From an uncultured Gammaproteobacteria bacterium (GTDB lineage Bacteria; Pseudomonadota; Gammaproteobacteria; SZUA-229), in NCBI GenBank assembly GCA_963803185.1, contig CAWDMF010000013.1:12067-76066 (forward strand): 64,000 bases of DNA, written 5' to 3'. How positions within the stretch are numbered: the stretch's first letter is position 1; the number at the start of each line of letters is the position of its first letter. Made by a program: the position numbers and the translations under genes. The notes under the pieces are model-generated. The model did not search any database, was not told where the DNA came from, and saw nothing but the letters and a program-made list of their open reading frames with translations. Positions 39,088 through 49,691 of the stretch are shown in pieces.

Positions 39088-39459
39088 ATGAATACAACAA
39101 TGCAAACACAGTCAGAACGCCGTAGTTACAATCGTATCCCTTTTAATGCAGAAATTCTAATGCAATGTGGCCATGAGGAATGGAGCTGCAACCTGCTCGA
39201 TATTTCGCTCAAAGGCATGCTGGTAGAACCACCAGATAACCTTGACATCAACATGGACAACCCCTGTGGCATGGCACTATTTCTTGGTGAAGACATCTCT
39301 ATCCATGCAAGGGTAAATATCATTCGTAGCAGCGATGACAACTGGGGGCTGAAATGGTTACAGATTGACGACAACAGCTTGCAACATTTACGGCGTTTGA
39401 TTGAATTAAACACCAGCAACCCTGCAATGTTGATGCGCGAACTTTCAGAACTCGGATAA
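39088..39459 (+). CDS. PilZ domain protein (c-di-GMP binding)
   Basis: ERRSYNRIPF (RxxxR) and DISLKGMLV (D/NxSxxG) PilZ signature motifs; 123 aa. Confidence 0.7.
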   Translation: MNTTMQTQSERRSYNRIPFNAEILMQCGHEEWSCNLLDISLKGMLVEPPDNLDINMDNPCGMALFLGEDISIHARVNIIRSSDDNWGLKWLQIDDNSLQHLRRLIELNTSNPAMLMRELSELG

Positions 39460-39500
39460 TCTTTTATCCAGGCAGTATAATCTGCCCGTCACTGCCGTAA

Positions 39501-39543
39501 GTCCAGGGAATCTCAAATCAACTAAATTAGAGATTCCCTGGAC
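39501..39543. repeat. perfect 14-bp stem hairpin (gtccagggaatctc / gagattccctggac, 15-nt loop) 42 bp after PilZ stop, no U-tract
   Basis: seen directly. Confidence 0.6.
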
Positions 39544-39824
39544 GACACTTTCACAGCCAAACTTATCTCACCATAGCCACGCTGCCACCAGCAATGACAA
39601 TTATGTGCGGCTCGACAACCATTGCATGGTAGTGCCGAAAAGGAAATATCTACCCGTACTTCCTTGTACAACTGCGTTATCCTGCTGCCATCCATCCTGA
39701 CCATATGGCAAGGAGCGATTATCCACCATGGAGACCGGTTTTGCCTTTAATGTTTTGCGTTTAAGCATTTTTTGTTTACACTGTGCCCCTGTAAAACTGC
39801 TACCTGAAAATATCAAACAAAAAC

Positions 39825-40355
39825 ATGACTACTAAACTTGTTATCTCCGCACTGGGTGCTGACCGTGCCGGCATTGTCGACGAACTGAGTAATATTATTT
39901 ATACCCATGAACTCAATATTGAAGACAGCCGCATGACTGTACTCGGCGGGGAGTTCGCCATCTTACTTCTGGTCAGCGGCGAACAGTCTGCAATAGAGCA
40001 ACTACAGGCACAGGCAACGGACATTGAACAGGCGCTACAAATGCGACTACTGATCAAACCGACGACGGAGTCTGCACCTGCTGTCAACAGTATTCCCTAT
40101 TCTGTTGAAGTTGCGGCAATAGACCATCCGGGTATTGTGGGTAATATTTCCCGTTTTTTCTCCAGTCGCAATATTAATATCGTCAACCTGCAAACCGAAC
40201 GTTACGCTGCGCCGCATACCGGCTCACCCATGTTTGCCCTGCACATGACCATTGGCCTTTCTGCCGATACCAACATTGCACGGCTACGCGATGCTTTTAC
40301 CGAGGTTTGTGATGATCTTAACCTCGATGCCGAATTGAAAAAACATATAAAATAA
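39825..40355 (+). CDS. gcvR: glycine cleavage system transcriptional repressor (tandem ACT domains)
   Basis: LVISALGADRAGIVDELSNII and second ACT repeat; gcvR-bcp synteny divergent from dapA. Confidence 0.8.
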   Translation: MTTKLVISALGADRAGIVDELSNIIYTHELNIEDSRMTVLGGEFAILLLVSGEQSAIEQLQAQATDIEQALQMRLLIKPTTESAPAVNSIPYSVEVAAIDHPGIVGNISRFFSSRNINIVNLQTERYAAPHTGSPMFALHMTIGLSADTNIARLRDAFTEVCDDLNLDAELKKHIK

Positions 40356-40372
40356 AATTTCTGGAAACTGAC

Positions 40373-40837
40373 ATGGTAAAAACAGGCAAAAAAGTTAACA
40401 ACTTCTCAGCTACAGCAACAGGTGACAAAACAATCAGCCTGAAACAGCTAGCGGGTAAAAAGGTGGTACTTTATTTTTATCCAAAAGACAATACGCCTGG
40501 CTGCACTACAGAAGGCCAGGACTTCCGTGATGCTAAAGCAAAATTTACCCGACAGAACACGGTCATACTTGGTGTTTCACGCGACAGCATAAAAAAACAC
40601 GAAAACTTCAAGGCCAAACAAAATTTCAATTTTGACCTGCTCTCCGATGAAGATGAATCACTATGTAAACAATTCGATGTGATCAAACTTAAAAAATTGT
40701 ATGGCAAAGAATATATGGGTATCGAGCGCAGTACATTCTTAATTAGTGAAGACGGCGTACTACTGAAAGAATGGCGCGGTGTTAAAGTAAAAGGCCACGT
40801 TGATGACGTATTGGCTGAATCTAAAAAACACAAATAA
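40373..40837 (+). CDS. bcp: thiol peroxidase Bcp (peroxiredoxin Q)
   Basis: YFYPKDNTPGCTTEGQDFRD peroxidatic Cys motif. Confidence 0.9.
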   Translation: MVKTGKKVNNFSATATGDKTISLKQLAGKKVVLYFYPKDNTPGCTTEGQDFRDAKAKFTRQNTVILGVSRDSIKKHENFKAKQNFNFDLLSDEDESLCKQFDVIKLKKLYGKEYMGIERSTFLISEDGVLLKEWRGVKVKGHVDDVLAESKKHK

Positions 40838-40855
40838 GTACCGCGATTTCAAGCC

Positions 40856-41473
40856 ATGTTCACCAATATCAAGCCCTATCCTGTCATATGGACAGGTTTA
40901 TTTTTCACTGTTTTCATCTGGTCTGCCATTGCACCAAAAGATTACTATACCTGGATACTTGAGACGGCACCGGCCGTCATTGGATTCATTGTATTAGTGC
41001 TCACACGCAAGAAATTTCCGCTGACAACATTATGCTATTCACTTATTTTGCTACATTGCTGGATACTTTTCATCGGTGGTCATTATACCTATGCCGAAGT
41101 CCCTTTTTTCGATACCATTAAAGAAGTGTTTAACCAGTCAAGAAATAATTTCGACAAAGCCGGCCATTTTGCACAGGGCCTGGTACCAGCGATCATCTGC
41201 CGGGAAATAGTTATCCGTTTGAACATTATATCCGGCAAATATTTCACGCATTTTTTCACACTATGTTTTTGCCTCGCCCTCAGTGCATTTTACGAGTTAC
41301 TCGAATGGTGGGTCGCACTGCTGAGCGAAGAGGCCGCTGAAGCGTTTCTCGGCACACAAGGTTATGTCTGGGACACGCAGTCTGATATGGCATGGGCTTT
41401 ACTGGGCGCTATTATCGCGCTGACTCCTGCTTTCCAGCAGTCACAACAAACAAATTCGGCAAATACAAAATAG
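40856..41473 (+). CDS. DUF2238-like inner membrane protein
   Basis: 205 aa polytopic membrane protein, no catalytic motif. Confidence 0.45.
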   Translation: MFTNIKPYPVIWTGLFFTVFIWSAIAPKDYYTWILETAPAVIGFIVLVLTRKKFPLTTLCYSLILLHCWILFIGGHYTYAEVPFFDTIKEVFNQSRNNFDKAGHFAQGLVPAIICREIVIRLNIISGKYFTHFFTLCFCLALSAFYELLEWWVALLSEEAAEAFLGTQGYVWDTQSDMAWALLGAIIALTPAFQQSQQTNSANTK

Positions 41474-41478
41474 ATACC

Positions 41479-43248
41479 ATGAACAATAAAACCTACATCA
41501 AGGGGAAAGACGCGGCACTGGAAGAATCCATTACCTCTATGCAAAAAAAACTAATGGATCTAAATTTTGATATTGAAGAAGCCTCCTGGCTAAACCCGGT
41601 ACCCAATGTTTTTTCTGTGCATATAAGAGACAAAGACTGCGGTCTAATGTTTACCAATGGCAAAGGCACAACAAAAAAATCCTGTCTTGCCAGTGCTCTG
41701 GGTGAATACTTTGAACGTTTAAGCTGTAATTATTTTTTTGCTGATTTTTATCTGGGCCAGGATTTTGCAAATGATGAATTTGTGCATTACCCTGATGAAC
41801 GCTGGTTTAAAAACAAAGATGAGGATGACGATAGCATTCATAAAGAATTACTCGATGAAAAACTCTGGAATTATTACGATCCGGAACAGGCACTAAGTGC
41901 TTCAAAAATATTTGATACCAATTCAGGTACCGGCGAACGCGGTATCTGCGCCTGCCCGTACCACCGGCAACGTGATGGTAAAACCATCTGGTTTCCGATT
42001 AATATTATCGGTAACTGTTATGTCAGTAATGGCATGTCAGCGGGCAATACCAAAAATGAAGCCCGCGTGCAAAGTTTGTCAGAAGTTTTCGAGCGTTATA
42101 TTAAAAACAAAATTATTGCCGAAGGCATCTGTTTGCCCGAAGTACCTGATGCTGTTTTGCAGCGTTACCCGCAAATCACTGAAGCCATTAAAAAACTGGA
42201 ACAGCATGGTTATCAATTGCGTATAGCCGATGCGTCACTTGGTGGGCGTTACCCGGTAATGAGTGTCACTTTAATTAATCCCACAAACGCAACTGTGTTT
42301 GCTTCTTTTGGCGCACACCCGAGTTTTGAAGTTGCACTGGAACGCACGGTAACCGAACTATTACAGGGTCGCGACCTGAATCAGCTTGATGGATTTCAAT
42401 CACCCAGTTTTGACCTGGATGAAGTTGCAGAGCACCATAATCTCGAAACACACTTTATTGATTCCAGCGGTTTAATTGCTTACGACTTCTTCAAGAACAA
42501 ACCCGACTATGAATTCATTGACTGGGATCATGATGCATCAACCACTGATGAATTCAGTTATCTTTGCGACATTATTCATGATTTAGGTTTTGATATTTAT
42601 ATCGCTGACTATGAACATTTAAATGTGTACTCCTGCCGAATAATTGTACCGGGAATGTCGGATATTTACCCGGTAGACGATCTGCTCTGGAACAACAATA
42701 ATGAAGGTGCTTTATTTCGCGAAGAAATTCTTTCATTAAAACATCTTGATCAATCCGCCTGGCAATCCATCCTCGATCGACTGGAAGAAGGCGGTTACAA
42801 TGACTACCAGCGTGTTGCAGAATTCATTGGCATAGCGCCAGATGCCGGAACGACCTGGGCAAGGCTGCGTATCGGTGAACTAAAAGCCATGTTGTGCCTT
42901 GCCTTAAAAAATGATGAAGCTATTGAATGGGTCAACTGGAGCATACACATCGATCAGCTTGACAAGAACTCCACCCGTTTTTATTTATGCCTTCAGGCAT
43001 TGCTCGAGATCAACAGTGATCCACAGCGAAACCTGGACGATTACATGGCTAGCCTTAAATTAATGTTTGATCAACAAACCTTGTCAGATTGTCTTGATGT
43101 TATTTCCGGTAAAGAAAACTTCTTTGGCCTGCACAGCCCGGGATTGAGTCTGGATGGTTTTGCAACGCACCAGAAGCTTCTGCATGGATATAAAAAACTA
43201 CACCTTGCCAAGCAGAATAACTGGCAGAACAGAACTGAACAACAATAA
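41479..43248 (+). CDS. ycaO: YcaO-type kinase domain protein (ribosomal protein S12 methylthiotransferase accessory factor); long ORF begins 41392 but conserved start MNNKTYIKGKDAALE at 41479
   Basis: N-terminus nearly identical in pattern to E. coli YcaO (GKDAALE..SI...Q.KL.DLGF.IEEASWLNPVPNV.SVHIRDK.C.L.FTNGKG.TKK..LASALGEYFERLS.NYFFADF). Confidence 0.85.
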   Translation: MNNKTYIKGKDAALEESITSMQKKLMDLNFDIEEASWLNPVPNVFSVHIRDKDCGLMFTNGKGTTKKSCLASALGEYFERLSCNYFFADFYLGQDFANDEFVHYPDERWFKNKDEDDDSIHKELLDEKLWNYYDPEQALSASKIFDTNSGTGERGICACPYHRQRDGKTIWFPINIIGNCYVSNGMSAGNTKNEARVQSLSEVFERYIKNKIIAEGICLPEVPDAVLQRYPQITEAIKKLEQHGYQLRIADASLGGRYPVMSVTLINPTNATVFASFGAHPSFEVALERTVTELLQGRDLNQLDGFQSPSFDLDEVAEHHNLETHFIDSSGLIAYDFFKNKPDYEFIDWDHDASTTDEFSYLCDIIHDLGFDIYIADYEHLNVYSCRIIVPGMSDIYPVDDLLWNNNNEGALFREEILSLKHLDQSAWQSILDRLEEGGYNDYQRVAEFIGIAPDAGTTWARLRIGELKAMLCLALKNDEAIEWVNWSIHIDQLDKNSTRFYLCLQALLEINSDPQRNLDDYMASLKLMFDQQTLSDCLDVISGKENFFGLHSPGLSLDGFATHQKLLHGYKKLHLAKQNNWQNRTEQQ

Positions 43249-43371
43249 AAAATTCACCATTCTCATCCTGAGGCACAAAAGGTCTTGCTCTTGCTTTTTC
43301 AACACAAGATTCTTCACTATTGTTCAGAATGCCCCCACCTGTAACCCTGAGGTAATAAATACTGTCGAACC

Positions 43372-43947
43372 ATGCTTAAATTATTTTCAAAAATAATATT
43401 GAAACTTATTGGCTGGCATGTAGATGTTACCCTGCCAGAAGAAAAAAAATTTGTTTTAATTGGGGCGCCACATACGACAAACTGGGACTTACCGATAGGC
43501 CTGCTTTGTCTCTGGTCTGTTCCGATACATCTGACCTGGATTGCAAAAAAACAGCTATTTATCGGCCCACTTAATTATTTTTTTCGTGCATTGGGTGGCG
43601 TACCCGTTGATCGATCCATTGCTACTGGTTTTATTGAACAAATTGCTCATCAATTTGATTGTCGTGAAGAAATGATCTTCGGGCTTACGCCTGAAGGTAC
43701 ACGTTCAAAAACAGAGTACTGGAAGACCGGTTTCTATTACATTGCGCTGAAAGCAAACGTCCCTATCTGTTTAGCCTACGTCGACTACCCAAGCCGCACA
43801 TTCGGCTTAGGTGAAATGCTTTATCCAAGTGGTGATATCGAGAAAGATTTTGAATTAATAAGAACATTTTATCGGGGAAAAAAAGGCAAACACCCCGAAG
43901 AACAGGGGCCTGTACACATAAAAAAACGTCAGAGAAACTCAGATTAA
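43372..43947 (+). CDS. lysophospholipid acyltransferase family protein (PlsC-like)
   Basis: HxxxxD motif APHTTNWD, FGLTPEGTRS motif. Confidence 0.65.
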   Translation: MLKLFSKIILKLIGWHVDVTLPEEKKFVLIGAPHTTNWDLPIGLLCLWSVPIHLTWIAKKQLFIGPLNYFFRALGGVPVDRSIATGFIEQIAHQFDCREEMIFGLTPEGTRSKTEYWKTGFYYIALKANVPICLAYVDYPSRTFGLGEMLYPSGDIEKDFELIRTFYRGKKGKHPEEQGPVHIKKRQRNSD

Positions 43948-43948
43948 G

Positions 43949-44791
43949 TTACCGCTGCTGATACTGTCGCATCATTTCCTGGCCGCGGCGCATCTGCCCC
44001 AGCATCTCAGGAGACATTTGTCCTGACTGCTGCATCTGCCTGGCCATTTGCTGTATTTGTGGCTGTTGCCCATGATAACCACGCCGCTGTATTTTCTGCT
44101 GTACATTTGTCATGTCTTTTGCCACCGTCTTCATCTTGTCCTGCATAGTCACGTCTGTGTAGTTGGCAGGGATAACAAAGGTATTAGCAGGCAAGACCAC
44201 ATCCATATTAATACTTTTTATTTCGTTCTCAACACGGCCGTTTTTTTCGGTGCGCATCGGCATGCCTATAGTGTTTACATGATCAGCCACCTGCATATCA
44301 GCCAGCGTACAGTCATCCACAAATGCGGCAAAACCACCCAGTAGCGCACGTTGATTTTCCAGCATGGTTTTTATCGCAGTTAACAGGACTTTTATCTCCC
44401 TGGCCTGGTAGGCATCGGTAGAACCATAGATAACACCGCATGACTTGCCGTTTGCTGTGTAACTGTATTTTTGCGTTTTATAACCCGCTATCATCTGCCC
44501 GGGGCTTAATCGTTTAACTGAAGTTCGAACCAGGGGCGCACTATTAGCCGTAGCGGTTTCACCCACATTGAGCAGCATCACCTGCTGTTTTTGTGGATCA
44601 ACAACGCTGACATTATTATTCTTATAATCGACAATAATATAGTCTGCCCCTGACATATTGATGCGTGCCTGCTGGCCATCAGTCATGATGCTCACGCGTT
44701 CGTTATTATTTTTCATTTCAATGACAGTTCCTGCCATTACAGATGAGCTGAGAAACAGGGTAATCAGCAAAAATTGTATCGCTTTATTCAT
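43949..44791 (-). CDS. secreted hypothetical protein with Gln/Met-rich C-terminal tail
   Basis: signal peptide MNKAIQFLLITLFLSSSVMA; C-terminus QQKIQRRGYHGQQPQIQQMARQMQQSGQMSPEMLGQMRRGQEMMRQYQQR. Confidence 0.5.
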   Translation of the reverse strand: MNKAIQFLLITLFLSSSVMAGTVIEMKNNNERVSIMTDGQQARINMSGADYIIVDYKNNNVSVVDPQKQQVMLLNVGETATANSAPLVRTSVKRLSPGQMIAGYKTQKYSYTANGKSCGVIYGSTDAYQAREIKVLLTAIKTMLENQRALLGGFAAFVDDCTLADMQVADHVNTIGMPMRTEKNGRVENEIKSINMDVVLPANTFVIPANYTDVTMQDKMKTVAKDMTNVQQKIQRRGYHGQQPQIQQMARQMQQSGQMSPEMLGQMRRGQEMMRQYQQR

Positions 44792-45040
44792 TAAACACTC
44801 CCAAAAATTCTGACTGAATTATACCTGTTCTGCTCACGGTTAAAACTGTTGATAACAGTTTTCTACCTATTATGAGCACTATCTCTACCCAATAACGCAT
44901 ATGATAATCTACATGAGAATCATTTGCATTTGCGTTAACATTGCTTATAATGTGCCGAAAACATGACTAATTCCGGTGGCTGCGTTTTAACACACTCAGC
45001 ATCGCATCCGCTAACGAATTATCAAGCACCATTTAGTTAA

Positions 45041-46228
45041 ATGACTTTGGAGAAATCCGTGAAATACCCATCTATTATTAAAAACGCACTGCTTAGTGCT
45101 ATTACATTCGGCATAGCACAATCGGCCCTTGCGGTAACAGACGACGAATTTAATGCTTTAAAGGAGCAATTTAATCAGCTGGCTGACCAGGTTGACGATA
45201 ACAGTAAAAATAGTAGCAGCGCTACCACGGTCGGTGGCTATGGTGAATTACACTATAATAATTGGAGTGACGGCCAGGGCAAGACAAAAAGAGAATTGGA
45301 TTTTCACCGTTTTGTTTTATTCGTGAATCATGAATTCAATGACCACATCCGCTTATTCACTGAACTTGAAATTGAACATGCATTTGTAGAAGATACCGAA
45401 GATGGCTCCAATGAGGGTGCAGTCGAACTCGAACAGGCCTATGTCCAGTTTGACCTGAGCGAACACACAAAAGCCAATGCCGGCCTGTTTTTGATCCCGG
45501 TCGGTATCCTTAACGAGACACACGAACCCCCTACTTTCTACGGTGTTGAACGTAACCCGGTAGAGCAGAACATCATCCCGACAACCTGGTGGGAAGGCGG
45601 TGCGATGTTGTCAGGCAATAATGACTCAGGTTTTAGTTATGATATCGCCTTAACCAGTGGCCTGGATGGTGGCACCAATATCCGTGGTGGACGTCAAAAA
45701 GTATCCAAAGCCACTGCAAGAAACCTGGCTGCAACCGGTCGCGTAAAATACACTGGCATAAACGGATTAACACTTTCTGCTACCGCACAATATCAGGACG
45801 ACATGACACAGGACTCAACGGATGACGTCGGCAGCGCCATCTTGCTTGAAGCACACGCACGCTGGAATATTGCTGATTTCACTCTGACCGCTTTATACGC
45901 GAACTGGGATATCGATGTGAAGGACACCGCAGCTCAGGAAGATAAAGATAAAGACACTCAAAACGGTGGCTATCTCGAAGCTTCATACAAACTTAACCCG
46001 GCATGGGGCGTGTTTGTTCGCCAGAACCAATGGGACAATGGCGGCGCAGGTGATACTAAAAAATCACAGACTGATATCGGTATCAACTACTGGCCACATG
46101 AAAACGTTGTAATCAAAGCCGATTACCAGGTGCAATCTGATTACGATAAATTCGATTACGATGAGGGTACAACTAAAACCATCGCTGGCTTCGATGGCTT
46201 TAACCTTGGTATAGGTTACCAGTTCTAA
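45041..46228 (+). CDS. outer membrane porin-like beta-barrel protein (probable GTG start at 45059 after GGAG)
   Basis: signal peptide, N-terminal coiled segment, C-terminal ...GFNLGIGYQF aromatic terminus. Confidence 0.55.
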   Translation: MTLEKSVKYPSIIKNALLSAITFGIAQSALAVTDDEFNALKEQFNQLADQVDDNSKNSSSATTVGGYGELHYNNWSDGQGKTKRELDFHRFVLFVNHEFNDHIRLFTELEIEHAFVEDTEDGSNEGAVELEQAYVQFDLSEHTKANAGLFLIPVGILNETHEPPTFYGVERNPVEQNIIPTTWWEGGAMLSGNNDSGFSYDIALTSGLDGGTNIRGGRQKVSKATARNLAATGRVKYTGINGLTLSATAQYQDDMTQDSTDDVGSAILLEAHARWNIADFTLTALYANWDIDVKDTAAQEDKDKDTQNGGYLEASYKLNPAWGVFVRQNQWDNGGAGDTKKSQTDIGINYWPHENVVIKADYQVQSDYDKFDYDEGTTKTIAGFDGFNLGIGYQF

Positions 46229-46312
46229 AGACGCCTTAGAACCATGTTGCCGGGGTGCCTGATGAATATCAGGGGCGCTCCTTTTTGCCTTTATGATGTA
46301 AAATTCGCCGCT

Positions 46313-46843
46313 ATGACCATGCATATAAATATCACCGCCCTCTTCCTGTTCAGCCTGATTTTCAGCGCTGTTACTGTTGCCGGCGGTGTTTATCAGGAAC
46401 CGGATGATTTTATTAATGAGGTTTTTGACAACAAACCACCGAAAGCCGAAGCGTTATGGCTGAACAAAGATTTAAAAGAACAGATCGTTAAAATTCTTGA
46501 TCACAAATACAAAGGCCTGCGTGTTCGTTACTGGCGTAAGCAAGAAAGGTCTGCATGGATACTGGATGAAATCGGCAAAGAAAAGCTGATCACCACTGGT
46601 ATCGTTATTAATAACGCTCATGTCGAACAGGTTAAGGTACTGGTATTCCGGGAAAGCCGAGGCTGGGAAGTGCGCCATGACTTTTTCACTGATCAATTTA
46701 AATCGGTAGCACTTAAAGATGACCACCAACTGGATAAGACCATTGATAATATATCCGGTGCTACATTATCAGTACGCGCAATTAGGAAACTTGCCACCAT
46801 TGCCCTGTTGCTTGATCAGGAAATTCAAAAGAAACTGGATTAA
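46313..46843 (+). CDS. FMN-binding domain protein (ORF begins 46244; probable start MTMHINITALFLF)
   Basis: NISGATLSVRAIRKL FMN_bind-like motif, N-terminal signal/anchor. Confidence 0.5.
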   Translation: MTMHINITALFLFSLIFSAVTVAGGVYQEPDDFINEVFDNKPPKAEALWLNKDLKEQIVKILDHKYKGLRVRYWRKQERSAWILDEIGKEKLITTGIVINNAHVEQVKVLVFRESRGWEVRHDFFTDQFKSVALKDDHQLDKTIDNISGATLSVRAIRKLATIALLLDQEIQKKLD

Positions 46844-46878
46844 TCAGCACAACATTATGACTCAGAATAAACTTTCGA

Positions 46879-46949
46879 CATTGCGAGGTACGAAGCAATC
46901 TTATGATTTTGGGTATACGCTAATAGAGATTGTTTCGTACCTCGCAATG
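46879..46949. repeat. hairpin with about 20-bp stem (cattgcgaggtacgaagcaatc / gattgtttcgtacctcgcaatg)
   Basis: seen directly between FMN-binding and PepSY genes. Confidence 0.55.
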
Positions 46950-46987
46950 CCGTTTTATATAAAGCAGACAGTATTCAGGAGTCATTA

Positions 46988-47785
46988 ATGACCAACCGAA
47001 GACCTAAACGATTTACCGCTTTTTTATGGCACCGGCGCATCGGTTTGTTTGCACTGGTACTGGTTGTCATTCTTGCTATTACCGGCATCATGTTAAATCA
47101 TACCGAAAAACTAAATCTCGATAACACTTTCATAAACAACTCGTTATTGCTTGGCTGGTATGGTATCGAACCGGAAGATGAACCAGTTTCCTTTCGCATA
47201 AAAAACAGCACGCAGGATCACATTATCAGTGCCTGGCAAAAACAACTTTTTTTTGATAACACCGCTATCATTAATCTTGAACAAATGATGCATGGTGCGA
47301 TTGCTGCAGAACAGTTCATCGTTGTCGCCCTGGAGAATGAAATCATCCTGTTATCTTATGAAGGTGAATTAATTGAACGCATCTCCACCGGTATAAGTTT
47401 CGGCAACATCCAGCGCCTGGGCAAGAAATACAAACGTCCCGTTATCGAAACCAGTGGACCACTGTATTACATAGCAGATGAACATATTCTGGACTGGGAT
47501 GTCATCATCAACGAAGGTGTCGAATGGACAGAAGAATACACACTAAATAATAAGGAAAGAGAACAACTACTGATAGCATACCGTGGCAATGGGCTTAAAC
47601 TGGAACGCGTTATTCTTGACCTGCACAGTGGTCGTATATTCGGGCACTATGGCATATACCTGATGGATGCCGCTGCCATCGCCCTGCTCTGGTTATCGTT
47701 AAGTGGTTTGTGGGTATGGAGCAGCCGGCGCAGAAAAATGCGCAAGAAGAAGCATTATCAGAAACACCACAGAAAAACCTTATAA
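46988..47785 (+). CDS. PepSY-associated TM helix domain protein
   Basis: WHRRIGLFALVLVVILAITGIML start and C-terminal TM typical of PepSY_TM family. Confidence 0.55.
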   Translation: MTNRRPKRFTAFLWHRRIGLFALVLVVILAITGIMLNHTEKLNLDNTFINNSLLLGWYGIEPEDEPVSFRIKNSTQDHIISAWQKQLFFDNTAIINLEQMMHGAIAAEQFIVVALENEIILLSYEGELIERISTGISFGNIQRLGKKYKRPVIETSGPLYYIADEHILDWDVIINEGVEWTEEYTLNNKEREQLLIAYRGNGLKLERVILDLHSGRIFGHYGIYLMDAAAIALLWLSLSGLWVWSSRRRKMRKKKHYQKHHRKTL

Positions 47786-47794
47786 AAATTATTA

Positions 47795-47960
47795 TCCGCA
47801 AATGAACGCAAATAAAAAATTTACGAGTGTTTTTTAAAGTTATTTGCCTCTTGTATTTTAATCAAGCGATGCAGATGCATTTCATAAATTTATTAAAAGG
47901 CTTCACCTAGTAACGCAAATGCAATTCTATTTTTGTTTTTATTTGCGTTCATTTGCGGAC
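47795..47960. repeat. family-1 palindromic element between convergent genes
   Basis: tccgcaaatgaacgcaaat ... atttgcgttcatttgcggac. Confidence 0.75.
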
Positions 47961-48019
47961 CAATAAGGCTTTTAACCCGGATATTTCATAGGAATGCAGA
48001 ATTTTGGAGAAATATCGGG

Positions 48020-49078
48020 TTAAGCTTCTTGATTTTGAATCGACGGCCAGGAATGAATCACTGCCTGTATGAGAGTTGCCAGTGGAATCGCAAAAAACAC
48101 GCCCCACACGCCCCAGAGGCCACCAAAAAACAAAACAGCGATAATTATTGCCGCCGGGTGCATATTTACAACTTCAGAAAACAGTAGCGGTACAAGAATA
48201 TTGCCATCCATAAACTGCACAACAAGATACGCCACCATTAGATAAACAAAGTCACTACTGGCGCCCCACTGGAACCATGCGATCATCGCCACAGGTATTG
48301 TTACCGCAACGGCACCGACGTAGGGAATAATAACAGACAGTCCGACCAGTAAACTCATGGTTGCGGCATAATTCATGCCCATGACTTTCAACGGAATAAA
48401 GGTTGCTACGCCGACAATCGCGATTTCCAGTAATTTACCGCGAATGTAGTTACCCATCTTGACATCAACTTCTTTCCATACGGAATAAGCAAGGCCACGA
48501 TCTTCGGGTAAGAAACGCCTGAACCAGCCTATTATTTCAGCTTTATCTTTTAGTAGAAAAAATACCAGTAACGGAACAACCACCAGGTAAACCAGTACAG
48601 TAAAAACATCAACGACAGATGACAGCGATACTGAAACCAGCTTCTGTCCAACACCAACCAGTTCTGTTGAAAAACTGCCAAGCATTTTTTCTATTTCCTG
48701 ATCGGCGAATACAGGGTAGCGTTCAGGAATAGTAAGTATCAGTTGCTGAATCTTATCTAAAATTTTAGGGAAATCTGTAATTAGCTGTGATAGCTGACTT
48801 ATCACCAATGGCACCAAACCAAATAAGATCAGTGCCAGTACAGTCACAAACAAAGTGAAACTGAATAAAAATGCTGCAAATCGCGGCACACCAAGATGAT
48901 TAAGTCTACAAACAAGACCTTCTAAAACATAAGCAATAATAATACCGGCTAAAACCGGGGTAAGGATACGGCCCCAGTACAATACCAGTATTGCGCCCAG
49001 TACCAGAATACTGACAAGCATAATGGCCTGCGGATCTGAAAAGTGTTTTTCAAACCAGTCTTTAATTACATCAATCAT
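48020..49078 (-). CDS. AI-2E family transporter (PerM/UPF0118)
   Basis: 352 aa, 8 TM, conserved AI-2E core region. Confidence 0.7.
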   Translation of the reverse strand: MIDVIKDWFEKHFSDPQAIMLVSILVLGAILVLYWGRILTPVLAGIIIAYVLEGLVCRLNHLGVPRFAAFLFSFTLFVTVLALILFGLVPLVISQLSQLITDFPKILDKIQQLILTIPERYPVFADQEIEKMLGSFSTELVGVGQKLVSVSLSSVVDVFTVLVYLVVVPLLVFFLLKDKAEIIGWFRRFLPEDRGLAYSVWKEVDVKMGNYIRGKLLEIAIVGVATFIPLKVMGMNYAATMSLLVGLSVIIPYVGAVAVTIPVAMIAWFQWGASSDFVYLMVAYLVVQFMDGNILVPLLFSEVVNMHPAAIIIAVLFFGGLWGVWGVFFAIPLATLIQAVIHSWPSIQNQEA

Positions 49079-49452
49079 TATCCTTGCTGCTCACCATTTC
49101 TATTACTTTCCTGTACTAACTTTTTATAAGCATCCTCGAATAAAACTTCCATTTCATCGATAACTTCTACCACATCACGGCCTTTCACCATATGGTCTGT
49201 CATTAAAGCTGAAGCTTCTGAAAAAACTGACATACTGCCAACCATGTGATAAGTCGCTTTAAGGCGTTTTATTGCGCCCACCACCGTTTCCTGCTCAGGA
49301 CGTGGAATATCATCCGGTGCCTGTACTTCTTTTGCAACAGGCTCCGCCTGTGCATACAAAAAATCAGCGAAGTCAGACAAACTTTTCTTACGGCTGTCGT
49401 CCAATGCCTGGTAAAGATCAATTAGATCCTGACTACTTTTAAGTTTATTCAT
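49078..49452 (-). CDS. hypothetical cytoplasmic protein
   Basis: 124 aa ORF translationally coupled (ATGA overlap) with AI-2E transporter gene. Confidence 0.4.
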   Translation of the reverse strand: MNKLKSSQDLIDLYQALDDSRKKSLSDFADFLYAQAEPVAKEVQAPDDIPRPEQETVVGAIKRLKATYHMVGSMSVFSEASALMTDHMVKGRDVVEVIDEMEVLFEDAYKKLVQESNRNGEQQG

Positions 49453-49640
49453 TCGTAGCTACTCAGTTACAGTTACGCGGAACTACTCACTGAGTAGTTA
49501 CATTCATTATTCACTTCTTGTGGTAACCGACTGGTGACATCGCTGGAGGTTGGAGTCACTAAGCAATCGGTGTATGGAATAAAAGACCACCGCTTATTTA
49601 GTGATTCCACCCCGGTAGCGGTAGCTAAATATTCTTACCA

Positions 49641-49691
49641 GGACACCTCCGCATAAGTATCAGAACTTATGATACTTATGCAGAGGTGTCC
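49641..49691. repeat. about 21-bp stem hairpin overlapping LysR stop codon (ggacacctccgcataagtatc / gatacttatgcagaggtgtcc)
   Basis: seen directly; candidate terminator or REP-like. Confidence 0.5.
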
